A DNA stretch of 63,822 bases, counting the filler, from Octopus bimaculoides (lineage: Eukaryota): assembly GCF_001194135.2 (NCBI RefSeq). It is 5 parts of 5 records of this genome, joined end to end, with 100 filler letters (N's around TTAATTAATTAA, not from the genome) between each part and the next. Parts side by side here need not be neighbours in the genome. Positions count along the whole stretch, not along the records: positions 10,709 to 33,132 come from NC_068987.1; 4 more parts are not named here. The stretch is one strand, 5' to 3'. Within the stretch, counting starts at the first letter, position 1. Every line of letters starts with the position of its first letter. Below, piece by piece: positions 13,594 through 27,825 of the stretch. The notes under the pieces were generated by a model. That model saw only the letters and a list, made by a program, of their open reading frames with translations, was not told where the DNA came from and did not search any database. The position numbers and the translations under genes are program-made.

Positions 13594-15373
13594 TTACTTT
13601 TATGTTCTGTTATAATAAAAACAATTTGACATTAATCTGAAGCATTGCTTTACACATCTGTAAAGCACAAATTCATTATTCTGTACCAAAAAGGGTTTTG
13701 ACAGTAACTTCGAAGCTTTGGTCAGTTATGCCATCATCATACTGTCCAATGATGGCTTAGGTGGCTGAAACTTTGAAGTCACTGTCAATACCATTCTTGC
13801 TAAAGAACAATATTTGATGCATTGAGAGAGAAGTTAGACATGAGAGGAAACTGCACTAATTTGGTCATGTGACGCAGATGGCTGAGAACAGCTCCATAAA
13901 GAACTGCTGATCTCTCGAAGTGGATGGAAAACATGAGAGAGGGAGACTCAGGAAAACATGGGATGAAGGTCCGAAGGAGAAGAATATTGAAGAGATGGCA
14001 AAGGACTGCGATACTTGATGTTTTGCTGTATTCAAGGAGATCCGCCTTTCACAGCAGAAGTGTAAAGGCCATGCCCCTGGATGAAGAAGATCAGCCTGCA
14101 CAAGTCATGTGCCAGTGTCACATAAAACACACCGAGTGGCACACGCAAAGTGGTTGGCATTGTTAGGAAGGGCATCCAGTCATAGAAATCAGACTGAAAC
14201 CTGGTGCAGCTCCCCAACTCTGGTCAAATTGTCCAACCCATGCCAGCAAGGAAAATGAACATTAAAGGACAATGATGATGATGATGATGATGATGATGTA
14301 TAGGTATGATTACATGCACTCAACAAATGACAATTAAACTACATAGATTTCAGCTCTAATGTTAAATGTGTTACATATATATAATCATCATTATTTACTG
14401 GTATCGGTTGGATGGCTTGACAAGAGCTAACGAGTCAAGAAGGCTGCACCAAATGCCAGTCTCTGCTTTCATATGGTCTGCCCTTTCCAAACACCAACCA
14501 CTTTACAGAATGTACTGGGTGCTTTTTACATGGTAACAACGCCGATCAGGTGACCAGGTAACTTGCAAGACAAAAGGACTCCTCATCTGAGTGGGGAGTT
14601 GTTGTCGTCACTCCGTCGCTTACGACGTCGAGGGTTCCAGTTGATCCAATCAACAGAACAGCCTGCTCGTGAAATTAACGTGCAAGTGGCTGAGCACTCC
14701 ACAGACACGGGTATCCTAAACGTAGTTCTCAGGGATATTCAGCGTGACACAGTGTGACAAGGCTGGCCCCTTTGAATTACAGGCACAACAGAAACAGGAA
14801 GTAAGAGCGAGAGAAAGTTGTGGTGAAAGAGTACAGCAGGGTTCGCCACCATCCCCTGCCGGAGCCTCGTGGTGCTTTAGGTGTTTTCGCTCAATAAACA
14901 CTTACAATGCCTGGTCTGGGAATCGAAACCGCGATCCTATGACCGCAAGTCCACTGCCCTAACCACTGGGCCATTGCGCCTCCACGAGTGGGGAGTAGTA
15001 TTGAGGAAAGTGGCTTTGTGTCAGGTGATAAGAGGATAGAGTATGATAGAGGGACAGGAACAAGTTTCTTGTTGTAGGGATATATGTATGTATGTATATA
15101 TATATATAACTGAAAAAATTGGAGCCAACAAGAAGGAGTACAGTTGGACATTTATTTTCAATCACTACAATTGTTTTTATGCAACATAGTTCTTCAGATA
15201 CATAATTATGCAAGTGTTTCCCTGCATTATGAAATCTAGTAATGTTTCCTCAGGTGATCTGTAAATATTGTCTCCGTAATTTCAAATTCTCAGTTTCATG
15301 AGCCCCCTCTCTGTCATGGTCTGGAGTTAGAACTGGCTAAGTTTATCAAGGTGTGTTCTTGCTGAAGTACCGG

Positions 15374-15448
<75 letters not shown>

Positions 15449-18400
15449 ACATACATACATACACAATATGTATATATATCATCATCATCATCATCGTTTA
15501 ACGTCCGTTTTCCATGCTGGCATGGGTTGAATGGTTCGGCTGGGGTCTGGGAAACCAGGAGGCTGCACTGGGCTCCAGTCTGATCTGGCAGAGTTTCTAC
15601 AGCTGGATGCCCTTCCAAACACCAACCACTCCGAGCGTGTAGTGGGTGTTTTTTATGTGCCACCGACACAGGAGCCAGTCTAGACGGTACTGGAGTTGGC
15701 CAGTCAAGACAGCACTGGCGTCAGCCATATATATATATATATATAAGTAAAAAGTAAAAAAGTCAACATCCATGGAAATCTAAATTTACTTACGGAGATA
15801 GCAATTGAGTATCGCCTGAGGAGATAAATATATATCTTCTTATACAGGTAAATTGTTGAATAATTTAATTTAAACTTCACTCTAAATCCTGTATATTCGA
15901 GGATTTGTAGGTATCAAAATATTTGTAGCAATTAAAAAGCTGCCTAACTGTACTTACTCTTTCTTTTACTTTTTACTTTTTGTTTTCACATATGAGGAAT
16001 ACCTAAGTCTAAAATTGGTAGTATGTATATTTTTGGTGTGCACAGTAATGTATATGTGCTTAGTGTGTGTATGGGCTTGTTACAGTGTGTTTGTGTCTGT
16101 TGATGTTTCGGTATGTCTGTGCCTTTCTGTATCTGTATAAACTCCCATAACATAATAATAATTTCTGTAAATTTTCTTTTATTTTTTCTTCCCACAATTT
16201 CCTGCCGCTCCCCCTTTTCCTTTTGTGCATTTTTAATTTTTATAATTGCAATTTTCCCATTCCTCTCCACCCCCACTCTCTCTCTTTTTGTTTTCTTTGT
16301 CTTCCCCCCCCCTCAACCTTTCTCTACATCTCCTCTCACAATATCTTATTCATTGTGATATCGTCATAAAACGTATACTTTAGAAAAACAATGTTTTTAT
16401 GTTGTTGCTGTGAAAATATGTATGAGTAAATGTATAGATATATATATGCATATGTGTGTGAGTATATTTCTGCCTATGTATGTATGTGTAACGACCGTGC
16501 TACCAGGAGATGGTGAAGAAGAAATGGCTCGCATGGTCGGCACAAATATAAAAACAAAAATGAAATGAGGTTAAATGAGTTAAGTGCCAACAAGAAAAAG
16601 AGAGTGACACAACCACTAAAAAAGGTATAAAAGAAAGGTTTTATTGAATGTCTGTGTGTGAGTGCAACATAATAAACACAATAAGAGTCATGTAAACAAA
16701 GTGTGTGTCATACTAATATATACTTTTGTTATTTACACCACCTGTCCTCGTCTGTTGTTATTATTTGTATATTCTCCCATATACAAATATGTGTATGTGA
16801 GTGTGACAGATACAGAGCATAGAAAAGAGTCTATAAGGACATAAAAAGAAAGTCTAGACACAAAGATGGGAAATACCGGTTCGTATCTAATGGTTGAAAT
16901 GCTGTACCAAGAAGTTGTGGCGCCAAGGCAGAGCCAAAGAGCCACATGTCGTGAGAAGTTGAGGCTTTAATGCTGTTGTCAGTTACTTGGTACAGGAGTT
17001 CTCACAGGTTGAATTCACTGTTAACCTTGGTGAAGCATTTCACAAACAGCATGGAGAAAGTTATGTTAGCGTTGCTGGTTTGGTGTGTACTTAGAGAAGT
17101 TGGTGTAGATGCTGGCGACGAAGAAGCTTGTAGTAAACAGTTAGTTGAACAAAGTGTTGGATCTCCAGTGAAACGGAATCATGTCGTCGCTGGAACTGGC
17201 TAGTGTTCTGTGGTCAGTGGCTAGACCTCAGAAGGTCTAAAGCCAACGGACAAACATGCGCAGAAAAGCTAGCTATTTATAAGAAACTATCGGCTCAAAC
17301 AGGGGTTCAGAAAAACTGTCAAACACGACCTTATCTGAAGGCGTCGATTGGTTGGGTTGCACCCTGGCGCGAGATAGAACAAGAGAGAAAAATACGCCGA
17401 TATCAACCAATCAGAGTGGTGGACATAAAGTCCAAAGAAGTGGCCGAAGGCTAGCTGTTATCTGCTACGTCTGCATTCATGTATATATAATAGAGAGAGA
17501 GAGAGAGAAGCTTTGCTACATATGTATGTATTTGAATATATGGCTATAGTAGAAAACACTTGCCCAACGTACCTTAAACGGCATGGTTGCAAAGTGAACT
17601 TCTTAACCATACACCCATACCTATAGACACATACATATTCCTGTGTGTGTGTGTGCAGTTCAACTGTTTTATTAAACACTAATAACGTATTTTTGATGCA
17701 TGTTTGATGAATATGCAACAGTGATATTTTAATGCTATACGTACCTGTTATCTTTTGAGTGTCGTCATTTGTTTAAATAATATTGCTTTGTTAACCAGCT
17801 TCCTACAGAAAGTTATTGTTTTACCCTTTCACATTTAAACCAACCATATCCGGCCTGCCTATGCCACTTGCTTTATGTTCTAACCAGTCAGATCCAGCCC
17901 ATCACACCTACCCTTCAATGTCATTCTAAAAATATACTATCACATCATCAAAATTTCAAAGATTTGAGATGGTACATGATTAATTAAAAATGTGAATGAA
18001 AGAGTAGAATAATCTGAATGTTAAAAGGTTAACTATTCTAAAGAATTTCTATATATATTAATAAAAGAATTTCATTCATGTGTAGTATTTCTATTTATCT
18101 AAAATTCACACATGATAAGGTCAACATTCTCTCTTTGACACATCATGTGTTAGTAAAATGGACCTCATGCAGAACATGATTTAACAAATTTAATACTTTA
18201 ATCTATTCATAAAGTGTAAATGGGCTTGTGTTGACTTAGCTGTTAAACTTATAACACCTACACATATTCCTGCAAATGGAGAATGTTAAAGATATGGCTG
18301 CTAAAAAATAGCTGCCATATCTTACTCAGATCTGATCCTAATCACCTTTAAACACCGGATTGGCTCCTGTACAAGTGGCATGTAAAAAGCAGCATTTGAG

Positions 18401-20539
18401 CGTCGCCAGTGTCAGTACTGCCTGACTGGACCTCATGCCAGTGGCACGTAAAAGCACCCACTACACTCACGGAGTGGTTGGCGTTAGGAAGGGCATCCGG
18501 CTGTAGAAACTCTGCCAAATCAGATTGGAACCTGGTGCAGCCTTCTGGCTTGCCAGCCCTCAGTCAAACTGTCCAACCCATGCCAGCATGGAAAGCGGAT
18601 GTTAAACGATGATGATGACACAATGGATAATGTGATCCTATGTATAAATCTCTCTCTCTCTTTTTCTCTCTCTCTGTTTATGTTTCAGTGTCTGCGTAAT
18701 GTATCTGTCCCTTTCTCTTTTGCTCTGTTTGTATATTTCTGAGTGTGGATGCACATATGTGTGTGTGTGTGTCCAGCACCAAAAGAAGTTGAATGTCCAA
18801 TCAGCCATGCCAAATCATCAGCATCCAAACAGCAATGCCCTGTTGTCTCATTCCAGTAACTAAGAGTTCAGATGCCTTACAACTGAGCCATGCATTTTCT
18901 ATGATTTAGAGAGGGTTTAGTACAAATGTTCTTCCATGACATGTGAAGTGATTGTGTATTTCTCCTGTTGAAGGAGATAAGATTGTCTTGTCCCCATTGA
19001 AGAATATTATCAGCAAGGTCTCTGCTTATGGACTCAGTGTATAGATGATGTCTGATTATGAAAGGAACCACTGATGTGTAAGCTATGACCTATGANNNNN
19101 NNNNNTATTTTTGATAGACCAGGCTTTGCAGAAACTAAATTGAATGTATGTATGCATTCACACCTTTATGCATATTCATACACTTGATGACACACCTATA
19201 ATATTTGTCATGTAATTATGGTTAACCGATAACTTCACAAGGTTTGTTACTTGACTTCAACTGACCTAAATTTCAATTCTTTTCCAAACCACATAGTGTT
19301 GTGTTCAGTCTCATTGAGTGGATCCTTGGATAGCCCTGAACTGACCACTGACCAAAGCCTTGTGAATGGATTTCGTAAGCGAAAACTGAAAGGAGCCCTT
19401 TGTGTGTGTGCTTGTGTGTTACTGTTTCCTTGCCTTCAACTCATGTGATAACTGTATGCACATGTCATTATCATGCAAGCAGTGACCTTCATTTCTAATC
19501 TTCTGTGAAACCATGTCAGGTTGTGGAAAAAATATTGCCCTATTTGAGAACAGGTGAGGGTTGACAACAGGAAGGACATCTGGCTGTAGAAATTCCACCT
19601 TCTCAAATTCTGTCTAACCCATGTGAGCATGGAAAAATGGATGTCAAAACAATGATGATTATGGTAACCTTATCCTTAATTACCACAAGCTGGTTCTTCA
19701 CTTAATCATCATCATCATCATCATNNNNNNNNNNNNNNNNNNNNNNNNNNNNNNNNNNNNNNNNNNNNNNNNNNNNNNNNNNNNNNNNNNNNNNNNNNNN
19801 NNNNNNNNNNNNNNNNNNNNNNNNAGCGGACGTTAAACGATGATGATGATGATGATATATGTGTGTGTGTGTGTTTGTGTGTATGTATATGTATATATTT
19901 ATGTATTTGTTTATATGTAGCAAATATATATCTATATATATATATATGAGATTTTATGTGTGTGTGTGTGCACATGTATGTTCCTTATACATGCCAAAAC
20001 CAAGTTGTCAATTTTCACATATGGAGAATCAAAAGATTCAGTACTATTTCCACTACCAACTAAACTTTCTTTTCATTGACATATTTGAATTACAAAAATT
20101 TTAAATTATAATTTTCTCCATAAATCAATTATTGTAAACATTTTATACAACAATGACGACTTCACATTTTCTATGAGTGTCTACCTTAAAAGACATCATC
20201 ATCACAACACACACCTCCACTCACACTCTCTCTCTCTCTCTCTCTCGCATACACACACACATCCATTTCCTATACTTTCTGCTTTCTCTCCCTTTTTCTC
20301 TTTTCTTTCAATTTCTGCTCTCTTCAAAGCATAAAGAAATAAATTTTTACAGAATGACCAAGAGAAACTGGCTCCAGTGCCTGCAGCACATAAAAAGCAC
20401 CCACTACACTCTTGGAGTGGTTGGTGACAGGAAGGGCATCCAGCTGTAGAAACTCTGCCAGACCAGACTGGAGCCTGGTGTAGCCATCTGGTTTCACCAG
20501 TCCTCAGTCAAATCGTCCAACCCATGCCAGCATGGAAAA

Positions 20540-20578
<39 letters not shown>

Positions 20579-20689
20579 CAAGTATATTCTACGAATGCCT
20601 CAGGCCAACCAAAGCCTTGTGAGTGGCCTTGGTAGATGGAAACTGAAAGAAGCCCATTAGTATATATACATTTATGTGTNNNNNNNNNN

Positions 20690-20731
<42 letters not shown>

Positions 20732-23700
20732 CAAGTATATTCTACGAATGCCTCAGGCCAACCAAAGCCTTGTGAGTGGCCTTGGTAGATGGAAACTGAA
20801 AGAAGCCCATTAGTATATATACATTTATGTGTGTGTGTGTGTGTATTTGTGTGTCTTGATTGTTCCCCCACCCTCGCTTGACAACCAATGCTAGTGTGTT
20901 TATGTCCCCATAACTTAGTGCTTCAGCAAAAGATACTGATAGAATAAGTACTAGGCTTAAAAAGAATGAGCCCTGGAGTCGATTTGTTGACTAAAGGCGG
21001 TGCTCCAGCATGGCCACAGTCAAATGACTGAAACAAGTAAAAGAATAAAATAATACATATACAATAATAATAATAATAATAATAATTATTATTATTATTA
21101 TTATTTCTCTTAGGCATAGCAATATTAATAACGAAATGTCAGAACACAATAAATGTGCTTCAGAAGAAAGGGGTCAGTGGAGTAGGGAGCAGGAATAAAT
21201 GAAAATGACAAAGGAATAAGGAATTGTGTGGATCAACTTCGTTAGCTTTTATAGATGACACAATGAACTCATTGTTGAGCACTTGTGTATCCCCCTGTAG
21301 CATTATCAGAGCTTCAAAATGAAGTGCCCCTTACGAAGGGGATGGTGGAGGACCCAGATAATGTGGAACATTGTTTAAACGAAGAAGACCCATCCACCAC
21401 AACAGAATTGAGATCCTAAAACCAAGACGCCATGTAAAAAACACTGGTGGGGGTTCCTGATAACAAGTAGAAAGCACGGGGGATGGTGACACATAAAAGG
21501 CACCCACTATACTCTCGGAGTGGTTGGCATTAGGAAGGGCATCCAGCTGTAGAAACCAAACCAAAACAGACTATGGAACCTTGTGAAGCTCCTGGCCTTT
21601 CTGGTTCCTGTCAAACTGTCCAACCCATGCTAGCATGCAAGACGGATGTTAAATGATGAATACACACCCACACCCTTGCAGGTATACACACAGACTGTTT
21701 CAACCACTGACCTTCTCCAAGGGGGGATGTTTGTGCTCCAGGTTGAGGTGGTGACGATGTAGCTGTTCCTCAAGGAGGGACACAATCTTCCTCAGATCGG
21801 TGATCACCGTCTTCTTGGCCAGACAACGACGCAGGGTCAAGTCTCGATGCAGCTCTTGGGCCTCCAGCTTCAGGTGATCCAACTTCTGGATTAGATCCTG
21901 AGACAATGAAAGAATACCAAGATCCATGAGACAATGAAAGAATACCAAGATCCTGAGACAATGAAAGAATACCAAGATCCATGAGGCAGAGAATGATGGA
22001 TACACACACACACACATCTACACACATACATGGATACATACAAACACACACACACACACACACACACAAATACATATATACACACATATACATAGACACT
22101 AACACACACATACATAACAACCACTGTTGCTCTCGTTTTCTTACTCCCTCACTCACTTTCCTTTCTTATCCATCTGCTCAACAACAAGACCCTTATTTCT
22201 ATCTCTCAGCTGGCACAACTCCCCTCAGTACTACTTCCTGCTCCCAGTTGAAGGGGTTTTCTTTGCAAGAGACTTGGTGATCTGGTCAGTGATGGTGACA
22301 GTCCACTCTGTGGGGTGGTTGGCGTTGGGGACGGCATCCAGCTGTGGAAACCAAGCCAAACAGACTTCTGGAACCTGGTGCATCATTTGGCCTCACCAGC
22401 CCCTAGCAAACTGTCTGACCTTTGGAAAACAGACATTAAATGATGATGACGACGATGATACACAAACGCACACACACATATCAGCAGCATCATCATTGTT
22501 ATCATTGTCGTCATTCAGCATCTGTTATCCATGCCGGCAGGAATTAGACAATTTGACAGGAACTGGTAAGCCAGAAAGCTCAACCAGGCCCCAGTCTGAT
22601 TTGGCTTCTATGGCTGGATGCCCTACCTAATGCCAACCACCCCAACACTGTAGGGAGTACCTTTTACTTGTCAATGCTACTGACCATGACTACAATTTCA
22701 CAAAGCCCTGACAAATCTTCCAAAGCACAAAAAAACCACCAAATGTCTCGATTGATCGGTTTGTTTGTGTCTGTCTGTCTGTACACACACATATAAATAT
22801 ATATAACACCTTTCTTCCACCCCTTTAATTTTCTCTGTCATTTGTACTCTGTGTAACCCGGACCTATTAATATATCCCCATATCTACACTTTACCTGAAA
22901 GTCTCCACCTTTTGCTTTCTCATTTTGCATATTTTGTATTTCATGCCCAAACTATTACCTTATATATATTTAATGTATCTAATGTGCATATACACACACA
23001 CTCATTCCCCATCCTAAAACTGCTCCCCACCCCCCACCACAACACCACACTGCTCACGTACTACTACCACTGTGAAATCAGTACCTACCCTGTGTACCAC
23101 ATCAAACTCGTTGCAGTGGTCAGCAAATGGACCCTTGGCATCAATAAATTTGATTATGCTGTTACTTTTCCCATTGGAGCGCCGATAGTTGTTGAAGTTG
23201 ATGCTGTAGTTGATCAGAGAAGCTGTCACACTACTACTACTACTACTACTAGCAGTAGGTAGTGTTGCAGTATTAGGAGAGGTAGTAGTGGGGCTGCTAT
23301 GATGATGATGGTGTTGGCTGCTACTGTTCTGGTGGCCTGCTGTAGTATTGGTGTTAGTAGTTAGCTTACTGCTGCTGCTGCTGTTGTTGTTGTTGCTGTT
23401 GTTGTTGGAATGGTGTACTTTAGACAATTCCAGCCTGGGGACATGAAAATATACATTTATTTAGTAAAAAGCACACATCCTGGTGCCACATAAAAAGCAC
23501 CCAGTCCACACTCTATAATGTGGTTGGCATTAGGAAGGGCATCCAGTCATCGAAACCAAAATAGACAACAGAGCTTGGTGCCCAACCTCCAATGCACATC
23601 CGTGCTGCCAGCTCGTGTCAAGCCATCCAACCGATGCCATCATGGATAACATATGATGATGATGATGGTGACAATAGCTTTGATGGTCACTTCTGATGCC

Positions 23701-26700
23701 TCACCAACTGATTTATTGCATCTTTGGCAATTTTGGTTTACCAAATTCCGAAACACAACCAAGGCAGAACATAAAGTTGTTGTTATGCAACCAATAAAAT
23801 GATTAGAGAAAGAAATGAAACGATGCGAGAATGAAAGGTAAGTTCGTTTAGAAAGGTGATACTCACTTGACAGTTGGTGTAAAGGTGTTACTGTTGTTGC
23901 TGGATGAGGTGAATTCTCTGCAGAGGTTTGGAAATAGAAGTGGCTCCAAGCATCTGGATAGAGAAAACAGAGTAGAAAGAGTGTTGGGGTTAAGCATGGC
24001 CATGTCATGTACATACAAACATAAAGAAAGAACAACAAATGGGTTAAGAGTCCCTACAGCTGTTTCAGACATGGTTTCTATTGATGAAATTAGGAAAAAA
24101 AAAAAACGTTTTCTTTGGGTGAATTAAAATTTTAAATTTGGTTCAGAGATGGAAAAAATACCAAAATGTGGAATGTGGAGAGAACTTCTCCTTTCAGCAA
24201 CGAAGAAGAGAATGAAGACATACCATGGGGCAGAAGACAATCAACAGACAACGCTACATTAAATAATTTCTTTAAATAGATGTGTGAAGGTGCAAAGCTT
24301 AATGGTTAAAGTGTCAAGCTTATGATCATGGGGTAGCAAGTTTGATTCCTGTTCTGCTCTTGAGCAAGACGTTTTATTTCACATTGCTCCAGTTCCCTTA
24401 GCTGTAGGAATGAGTTGTGAAGTCACTGGTGCCAAGCTGTATCAGCCCCTTTGCTTTTTCCTGGGACAACATCAGTGGCATGGAGAGGAGAAGCTGGTAT
24501 GCATGGGCAACTGCTGGTCTTCCATAAACAACCCTGCCTGGACTTGTGCCTCAAAGGAACACTTTCTAGGTGCAATCCCATGGTCATTCGTGGCCGAAGG
24601 AGGCCCTAAATAGATGTCCATAGATAACAGATAAGATGAAGACAGAGAAAGAAACAGGAGAGAAAGATGTGGATGGAAAGTTCATCAGACTGGTGCTACA
24701 TGAGGAGGACATTTGGTACTTTTTGTACAACCCATGCCAGCATGTAAAACAGAGGTTAAATGACGACAACGATGATGATGATGATGGTAATATTTCCCAA
24801 TGGCCAGAAGATTGGAAGTAAATGTTGCTATTTGTAGAACAGTGAAACTCATTTATAACTACATGCAACGTCAAGACAAGAGAACACACACATGCATATA
24901 TAAGGACAGGCTTCTTTGAGTTTCCACCTACCAAATCCTCTTATAAAGTTTAGGTCAGTTTGAGGTTATAATAGAAGACACTGGCCAATGATAGCACACA
25001 GTGGGACTGAACCCAGAACCATGTGGCCGGGAAGCAAACATCTTACAACACAACCAGTATCCTAATCTTGAACATGTCCTGCCGCAAGCTTGGACCAAAC
25101 CAGGTTTCCGATAAAACAGCTGCATCACAGACGGAACCATTCCTACAGGCTTCGAACTCTCCAGGTGTCGCATAATGCAGCAACAACGTCTTCGAACAGA
25201 CAACCAGACTCAACGATGTTGGACTAAAAGCCAAAACAACCGAAACACCATAGCAACACAGCGCAGGGGAGATAACCCAATACTGCATTTGAAAACCAAA
25301 CTCCAACATTTTGTTTACTAAGTAACTGTGACATTTTCTTTCTCCATTTAAAGTTGCCTCTACAGCGTAGCGCTTTGTGCGTGTGAAATCAATGGTCACT
25401 CTGTGACCAACCATAACAAACATCCTCAATAATATATCATCATCATCATCATTTAGCGTCTGTCTTCCATGCTGGCATGGGTGGGATGGCTTGACAGGAG
25501 TCAGCCTGGCAGAAGCCTGCACTGAACGTCTGTGACTGTTTTGGCAGGGTTTTTACAGCTGGATGCCCTTCCTAACACCGACCACCCAGCAGAATGAACT
25601 GAGTGCTTTTTATGTGGCACAAGCAAAGGTGAGGAGGTCAGTTTTGGCAAGGTTTTTACAACTGGGTGCCCTTCTGAACACCAACTACTTTACAGAGTGG
25701 ACTGAATGCTTTTTGCAAGGCACTTGCACTGACAGGGTCATCAAGTAACTTGCAAAGCAAAAATCTTTTGAGACGGGAGGTGGGCATTGGAGGAAGTGAT
25801 CTTGTGTCAGGGGATGAAAGGTTATAGTGAGACAGAAACAGCAATAGCGGAGGAAGGTTAGCAGGGAAAATAGCTTTTGTATGTGGAAAATGCACAGATA
25901 CAATAAACTCCATCAACTGCCAGAGGGGCAAGCTAGAGGTAGTAGACAGCTTCCATTATCTAGGTGACCAAGTTAGTATTGGAGTTGGATGCCCTGAGAG
26001 CAAAGCTGTTAGAATAAGAATAGGCTGCGCAAAGTTCAGAGAGCCCCTACCCCTGCTAGCAACAAAGGGCCTCTCTCTCAGAGTGAAAGGCAGATTGTAG
26101 GATGCCGGTGTGCAAACAGCCATGCTACATGGCAGTGGCACATGGGCTGTGACAGCCAAGGAGATGTGTAGGCTTGAAAGAAATGAAGCCAGTATGCTTC
26201 ACTGGATGTGCAATGTCAGTGTGCATGTTCGACAGAGTGTAAGCATCTTGAGAGAAAGGTTGGAGATGAGAGGCATCAGATGTGATGTGCAAGAGGGACA
26301 ACTGTGCTGGTATGGTCATGTGATGCGTATGGACGAGGACAGATGCGTAAAGAAGTGCCGATCTCTAACTGTAGTAGAGGTGGACAGAGGAAGATTTGGA
26401 ACGAGGTGGTGAAACGTGATCTTTGAAGTTTGAGCCACACAGAGGCTATGAATAGTGACTGAGACCTTTGGCAATAAGCTGTGCTTGAGAAGAAGACCCG
26501 TCAAGACAAGTGAAATCATAGTCATGACTGATGTTGGTGCCACATAACTGTTACCCATGCCAGTGGCACATAAAGAGCACCTTTCCAGAATTGGGCCCCA
26601 TGGAAGCAAAGTGGCCAAAATAATGTGAAACCTGCTGCTCTTTCAACAAGATGGTCTTCATCTGACCATCTTGTTTCAGAAAGAGCTGCAACATCAACAT

Positions 26701-27794
26701 TAAGACGCCTTAGCTCCTTAGTGATTAGAACTGTTCTTCTTTCAGGCCTATCCACTCAATCTAAAAGGGTTCTCCCATTCCAACAGGCCAGGTTGAGAGA
26801 AACCTTATTCCTTGCACACTTGTTATCAATTCTTTGTTCATTCCTGCTAAATTGAACCACCGTTAGCCACAGTAAACTAACCAGCAGAGAGAGAGGACAG
26901 ACAAGTTTTAGAGCACCTTCCCAGTATATGTAGGTGAGCAGTGCTCTCCTTAAAAGGGCTGCTCAGACACAGGATTCTCCACCGAAAACAATTCCTGTCC
27001 ATCAAAACATGTTAGCGACATTAAGATAAGAACCCTGCCACCTTATGTGCAGATTTATAATGGTATGCTTACACCCGGAAAAAAAAAGGGCCAGCAGACA
27101 GACAGATACATAGATGAATAAGAACATAAATGCAAAACAAAACAAAAGATAAAAATAGTACTTGAATACCAAAGGCAGAGTAACATGCTTTTTCAGAAAG
27201 CCAAAAAATTCTTCACAAACTGTTCGAGTTTCATGTTACCATTCATCAGACAATTGTAATCACACACACAAAACATATGCAGAGAGGGAGAGAAATAATA
27301 GCTTACTTGGCAAATTCGTTTTTATGGTCAGTGTTCACTTGACTTCCCTGTGTTGGACGGAGTGGGTGTTTCTGGAGGGCCAGCGACTGCAGGCGTTCCA
27401 TGAGAACCTGTCAACACAATGTTTGAAATAGCTGTACTGCAAAGACACCCACACTACCACCACCACTACTACTATTACTACTACTACCATGCAGATCACA
27501 TAGCATCTATGTGGTAGCTCAAATTGCTAGAAATAAGAGCCAAACCTCCTTCAAAGCACTCCATCAGATCTCAAAGAATATAGTGGACAACAGACTTCTC
27601 TATACTGTGTATTTCAAAAACATACACGATGGGATGGCCATGGCACGAATGCATTTTCTTTATATATCTGCTCAATCATAGCTCACAACTAACTACTACT
27701 CTACAACTACTGATATTTGCACAAGTCACGGTTCACTTCAACCTCACAAAACAGCACAAAGTCACCTCAAGCATCACAAACGAATAAATTACTC

Positions 27795-27825
<31 letters not shown>

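Noticed and set aside
20575-20830. Exact ~85-bp duplication on both sides of a short N gap
   Set aside because: Identical copies flanking a gap indicate unmerged contig overlap.
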